Assembly (NCBI GenBank): GCA_951406725.2
Contig: OX597833.1
Coordinates: 1,364,001-1,428,000, forward strand
Reading direction: 5' to 3'
DNA: 64,000 bases
Source of the DNA: Octopus vulgaris
Taxonomy: Eukaryota
How positions within the stretch are numbered: position 1 is the stretch's first letter; every line of letters starts with the position of its first letter. The notes under the pieces were generated by a model. That model made no database searches. It was not told the DNA's origin and was given only the letters and a program-made list of their open reading frames with translations. Below, one piece after another: positions 57,357 to 64,000 of this stretch. Both the position numbers and the translations under genes were made by a program.

Positions 57357-58339
57357 CAAGAGAGGAGACGAAAGAGAATTCCGTGGATTTAAGGAGCTCG
57401 AAAACAAGAAAATGAATTCTCCCACTTGAGAAACCAATATGGACAGACATCTTTTTATTCAGTGACGTCAGAAGACATTTCACACATCTCCTATAACTGT
57501 CATTTACCAACGGACATTTCCCGAGAACCAACATTTACATGACTTAAGGGATCAAGCTATTTCGTGTAACTTTGAAATGTTTGTACTGACTGACAACATA
57601 CAACATCCATGAACAGGAACCATAACAGCTCATCTCAAGGAAGGTGTCTTGAGCTGGCTATATCCTTTATACTTGTACAAGACACAACAGAAACCTCCAA
57701 AGTGCTTTCACCTTCTAGAGTTCTAATCGGCTGTCATGTAGATTTCACAAAATGATAAATACTTTCAAAACTATATATACCGTGTATGAGAAGATACATC
57801 CTTCTATAAACACATTCGCGCTCTCTGACTCCGTCCTTCTCCGTCTGTGTCTGTCCATCTGCCTGCCTGTACCCATTTCTAAGAATGTGTGTACATCTGT
57901 GTCTGTGTATGTATCTATGCATTATATTGAAAATACAAGTGTGCCCAAAATCACTCTAAATGATTTGTTCTGGTTTCTTAAACTAGATTTCAAAAAATAC
58001 ATTTCTCCAATGCATTCATATTAATATTTCTAGAGTCTCTCAGCCTAATCTACAGGTTGTGCAGAGGCATTTGAATACACTACTGCTCGTTTTAGATTAA
58101 ACGGGTTGTGCTTATACGGATTCATGTTTCTACAAGATTTCAAAGTTAGATCTTTAGGGCAGTAAAAAAGGATAAACTATTAAACAAGCCGCAAAAACAA
58201 CAACAAAGCAATGCAACGCATAGCAAAGGAATATTGTGTAGAATATGGTCGTGTTTTCAATAAAACGTGCATAAAAGAACAGCAGATCTTTTCTATATAT
58301 ACATCAGTGAGTGCATATGTATGCGTATGAGCGAAAGAG

Positions 58340-58740
<401 letters not shown>

Positions 58741-59414
58741 TGACTGATTGTTTAATTGATTGATTGAATGATTAATTGATTGAATGGTTCAGTGAAAAGG
58801 AACGAGACGAAACAAGTTGTTACTTCGTACTAAAATTTATTGCATCAATAAAAGAACAACAACACGACCAAAAACTTACTCAACCAGAGAGAGCCGTGGG
58901 ACCTCTACACACTCCTCTTAATTTTCTTCCACCATTTCGTAAACTTCTCAATCAATGTCTTATAATTCTGAACGGTTTATAGAGATTGCCAAACTAGTAT
59001 ACATTATGACCAGGAAGCACCGCAGTTTATGTCAAAGACCGAAGCCTCGAGTGGTTGTGCTCTTCATTAATGGAGCAAAAACAGAAGAATTCTTCAAAGA
59101 AGTTACGTTATCTAATATCATCATGTCACGTTATTGCCATGTAATAATACATGGTTTTATCAAAACTGAATGTTTACTGTATATATTGTGTAAGAGAGTA
59201 TATTTCTTGCCGGCGTTTCTTTGATTTCTTATATGGGTACATAAATAACTACATGCTTACCTATCCACACACATACACACGTATAATAAATGATAAATAC
59301 ACACACACGTACACGCATGTATATATATATATATATATATTACGTGAGTGTGAGTATGTATATGTATATATATGTACGTGAGTGTGTATAAACATGATAC
59401 ATCATATATTCAAT

Positions 59415-59453
<39 letters not shown>

Positions 59454-59792
59454 CATACACATATATGTATATCTATGGCTAGATAGATAGGCACATATAT
59501 AAACAGACAGATAGACAGCTAGAAAGATAGATATACGTAATATACATACCCAAATAAACATACATACCAAAACGCACACTACACACAGACACACGCGCAC
59601 ATATATATATAATTCTATACGCAAGCATATATATATATATATATATTTGAGTATGATGCATATCAATCATCTCTGTATTTCTTAGCTGTAAAGCTCCTTA
59701 ATTGACTCCAGTCGTTCGGGCATTTCCAGCGTGACACTCATTACGTGCCACACATGTATCATTTTGCCGTCCAGTTCTTCATGCAGCTAATT

Positions 59793-60152
59793 ATACATAC
59801 ATACATACATACATACATACATACATACATAATACATACATACATACATACATACATACATACATACATACATACATACATACATACATACATACATACA
59901 TACATACATACATACATACATACATACATACATACATACATACATACATACATACATACATACATACATACATACATAATACATACATACATGCATACAT
60001 ACATACATACATAATACATACATACATACATACATACATACATACATACATACATACATACATACATACATACATACATACATAATACATACATACATAC
60101 ATACATACATACATACATACATACATACATACATACATACATACATACATAC
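59793..60152. repeat. (TACA)n microsatellite with recurrent TAA interruptions
   Basis: Directly visible. Confidence 0.95.
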
Positions 60153-60212
60153 TTAAATACATTCATCCATATCTACAATTATATCTATATAAATATATAC
60201 AGACACACGCAC

Positions 60213-60257
<45 letters not shown>

Positions 60258-60259
<2 letters not shown>

Positions 60260-60408
60260 ATAACAATTTAGGAGTGACCCTAACAGGTCATTCGTCCACC
60301 AGAAAGAGCAGCCATAACTCACACTGCCAAGTGAGTTGGCGGTGTGAGTTATGGCTGCTCTTTCTGGTGGACGAATGACCTGTTAGGGTCACTCCTAAAT
60401 TGTTATAT
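60258..60408. repeat. Near-perfect 73-bp-arm hairpin (5-nt loop) in a (TA)n-embedded element
   Basis: 60258-60330 is the reverse complement of 60336-60408 with one mismatch; unique sequence continues to about 60505. Confidence 0.93.
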
Positions 60409-60501
60409 TTATATATTTAGTCGTTGACTATTTTCTCTTTTCCACTAGGCCGCTGGTAGCGATAAATTTCTATTGAATTTTTTTGCTACCCTAAATTGAC
60501 T

Positions 60502-60553
<52 letters not shown>

Positions 60554-60747
60554 TGTTATATATATATATATAGATAGATAGATAGATATAAATACATATA
60601 CTTATATATACATATATATATATATAAATACGTATACTTATATATATATGCATATATATAAATATGTTTAAATATTTGTTGTGCAAGATTTTTTATACAT
60701 ATATATAAACACGATTAAAGGATAATATATAAATACATATACTTATA

Positions 60748-60798
<51 letters not shown>

Positions 60799-60946
60799 TA
60801 TATATACATATATATAAATACATATACTTAATTCCTGAGCGCCATACTAATACATTTGTTTGTTTGTACTCCACCTGCCTTTGTCTTTTGTTTATTTTCG
60901 TAAACCTTCCCGTTATATATATATATACATACATACATACATATAC

Positions 60947-61001
<55 letters not shown>

Positions 61002-61896
61002 CATACATGCATATATATATACATATATATATAAACATGATTAAAGGATAAATCATTAAAATTAATGAATTTTATCAGTAGCCAGCATATAAAAAGTATT
61101 TTAGGTGAAATACATATGTAGAGATATATAACTGTATAGGATACAATTATATTTAATGGCGCGGAAACTACCATTGTCATATGCTGAAAGAAGACACCGA
61201 ATACTCCAACCACTGCGAAATTCGATGTAAATTTGTATGTTATCTCCCTAAGAAGCATGCTACACATCTTCCTTCCAAGCACTGCTGTAAATAGCGGAAT
61301 TGAGCCTCAACGTTAAACCTTAGAGCGCACAAATAGCAAAGCTCAAGGTCAATGAGTTCTAAGCGGTTCCACTCTGCGTGGTTTGGCTTCGTTACTATGG
61401 CAACAGTTCGGATACTTATTGATCAGACTACACATATATATAGGTATCTGGGTCCAACTATACCGAGTCATTAGGATGCATGTATTTCGGAGTAGATATC
61501 TCCTCTGCTGCAATGTATTCGAGCCGACAAAATAGTTAAGATGGTGGCTATTATGTGATCAGGTGTATTTAAACCAATTTGCCTCAGGAGAGAAATTTTG
61601 GTCCATAACGAAATACCATGAGTTGCTCTTTTACGTCTTCGAGGATGCCTCAAGCATATTTGAGCTGCTAACAAAATTGTATCTGAACACAACACTGCTT
61701 AGAACTGTCGCTCTGAACACACACACACACACACATCCAATCACACCCACACACCCAGTCACACTCACACATATGTATTTGTATATCTATATCTACGTCT
61801 ATATCTATATCTATCTATCTATATATATATGTATGTATATGTACGTATGTAATATAGGAATTCAAGTTTGTATATACATACATACATATACATATA

Positions 61897-61967
<71 letters not shown>

Positions 61968-62825
61968 ATATATATATATATGTATGTATGTGTGTGTGTA
62001 TGTATTATATATATCGACAAATATCATAGAGTACATAAAACAGATTTCTGTAGTATAAAGAAAACTTTCATGTTTGTAAATACAAAAAAATTCTCACTAT
62101 ATATAATATATTAAGTAACAAATATTCATTATGCGCACACATTTATAACCATGTACGTATACACGTCTATGTATCTTTATGTATATACATATGTATATAT
62201 ATATATTTATACATATATATTGCGATAAATATGTATATATATATATATGTCCATATATATATAGATATGTGTATATACTTTTGTGTATGTATGTATAGAT
62301 ATACATTTACTATACATACATTCACCTATAAAAGCTTTAGTATACATTCTTACTTTGGGTGAATAAAGTTGTTTTTCTTGCACATAATATTTTCTTCTGT
62401 CAAACATTCATGATATCCATATCAAAACAAGAGAATCGGTAAATACGATAAGAACATTAAGAATATATGAATAAGAACCATGTACACCCAAAAATAAATA
62501 CATATTATACACACACACACACGCGCCCGCATATACGTGTGTGTCTATGTGTGTGTATGCAGGTGCGTATGTATATGTGAATGGGTGAAAGTTTGTTTAG
62601 GAAATATATTTTGGATACTGGAATCACGTCACTCACATCTGACAGTAAGTAAAGAGAGTTTTTCGCTTCTCATGTCATTCAATGTTTGGCCAGGTTTTGG
62701 CAAAGAATATCTTGATTTTGTTTTGCAGAGTTATCTCGTCTTATATTTTGAATTCTTCAATACACACTAGCAGTAAAAATTAAACACATACAAAAAAAAA
62801 AATAATAAATAAGATAAAATAGATT

Positions 62826-63239
62826 GGCGCAGGAGTGGCTGTGTGGTAAGTAGCTTGTTTACCAACCACATGGTTCCGGGTTCAGTCCCACTGCGTGGCA
62901 CCTTAGGTAAGTGTCTTCTACTATAGCCTCAGGCCGACCAAAGGCTTGTGAGTGGATTTGGCAGACGGAAACTGAAAGAAGTCCGTCGTATATATGTATA
63001 TATATATATGTATGTGTGCATGTATGTTTGTGTGTCTGTGTATGTCCCCCTAGCATTGCTTGACAACCGATGCTGGTGTGTGTATGTCCCTGTCACTTAG
63101 CGGTTCGGCAAAAGAGACCGATAGAAATAAGTACTGGGCTTACAAAAGAGTAAGTCCCGGGGTCGAGTTGCTCGACCAAAGGCGGTGCTCCAGCATGGCC
63201 GCAGTCAAATGACTGAAACAAGTAAAAGAGTAAAGAGTA
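62826..63239 (+). mobile_element. SINE family A, full length
   Basis: Match to the 2072 copy. Confidence 0.92.
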
Positions 63240-63381
63240 AAATAAAGCAAACAAACATCACGTGCGTACGCATATAGTAGCACCGTTATGTATGTTTATG
63301 TCTACTGTAGTTACTTCTAGTTCTGGTAGTTGTTATCCAAGTCGGTTTTAGTCCCATTGCTGGCCATCTTGGGCATCTTCG

Positions 63382-63784
63382 GACGGACGAAATACCTATT
63401 TCTTTACTACCCGCAAGGGGCTACACACAGAGGGGGCAAACAAGGACAGACAAGCGGATTAAGTCGATTATATCGACCCCAGTGCGAAATGATGAAAGGC
63501 AAAGTCAACGTCACGGAATTTGAACTCAGAACGTAAAGACAGACGAAATACCTATTTCTTTACTACCCACGAGGGGCTAAACACAGAGGAGACAAACAAG
63601 GACAGACAAACGGGTTAAGTCGACTATATCGACCCCAATGCGTAACTGGTACTTATTTATCGACCCCGAAAGGATGAAAGGCAAAGTCGACCTCAGCGGA
63701 ATTTGAACTCACAACGTTGCGCCAGACGTAATACCGCTAAGAATTTCGCCCGGCGTGCTAACGTTTCTGCCAGTTCACCACCTT
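63382..63784 (-). repeat. SINE-B1 dimer plus the first ~15 nt of a third unit
   Basis: Junctions GACGAAATACCTATTTCTTTAC near 63395 and 63552; single head at about 63730-63784. Confidence 0.88.
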
Positions 63785-63799
63785 GATCTCAAGACATAA

Positions 63800-63995
63800 A
63801 CATTTCTACTATAGACACAAGGCCCGAAATTTTGTGGGAGAGAGCAAGTTGATTACATCGACCCCAGTGAGTAACTGGTATTTATTTCATCGATCCTGAA
63901 AAGATGAAAGACAAAGTCGACCTCCGCGGAATTTGAACTCAGAACACTAAACATTTTGCTTGACGTGGTAACTATTCTGCCAGCTCGTGATCTTA
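63800..63995 (-). mobile_element. SINE-B (B2 tail type)
   Basis: TTTCTACTATAGACACAAGGCCCGAAATTT tail plus SINE-B body and head. Confidence 0.82.
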
Positions 63996-64000
63996 ATCTC

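Noticed and set aside
57430-57472. CCAAT plus CRE (TGACGTCA) promoter; also GC boxes near 10624-10640 and an NRF1-like site near 18016
   Set aside because: Short motifs expected by chance in 64 kb, with no associated gene start visible.
58870-59100. Minus-strand exon ending at a GTAAGT donor near 58879
   Set aside because: No open frame or clear acceptor; cannot be supported without transcript data.

Overview
Eukaryotic, AT-rich, microsatellite-saturated intergenic or intronic DNA. The SINE repertoire and simple-repeat load most resemble an octopus (cephalopod) genome; this is an inference. No host protein-coding gene could be supported: nearly all listed ORFs are translations of microsatellites or SINEs. 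The window is a mosaic of transposable elements: a 5'-truncated, disrupted Tx1/L1-type LINE inside an (ATCT)n tract; an RTE 3' end amplified six-fold (216 bp unit) within one TSD; three tRNA-headed SINE families (here A, B, C); R4/Dong-like, CR1-like and Penelope (GIY-YIG) relics; a DD37D mariner-type relic; two MITEs; and non-autonomous Helitrons. Two coherent systems stand out. (1) Short elements, several sitting in (TA)n tracts, carry minimal type-I hammerhead-ribozyme motifs and/or form fold-back inverted repeats; one hammerhead has a compensated U3:A8 core. (2) SINE-B has a 3' tail matching the Tx1-type LINE 3' end, is mostly followed by GGTA, is repeatedly found nested in the head of other SINE-B copies, and builds head-to-tail arrays. 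All alignments were done by eye, so element boundaries are approximate unless a TSD or TIR is quoted.
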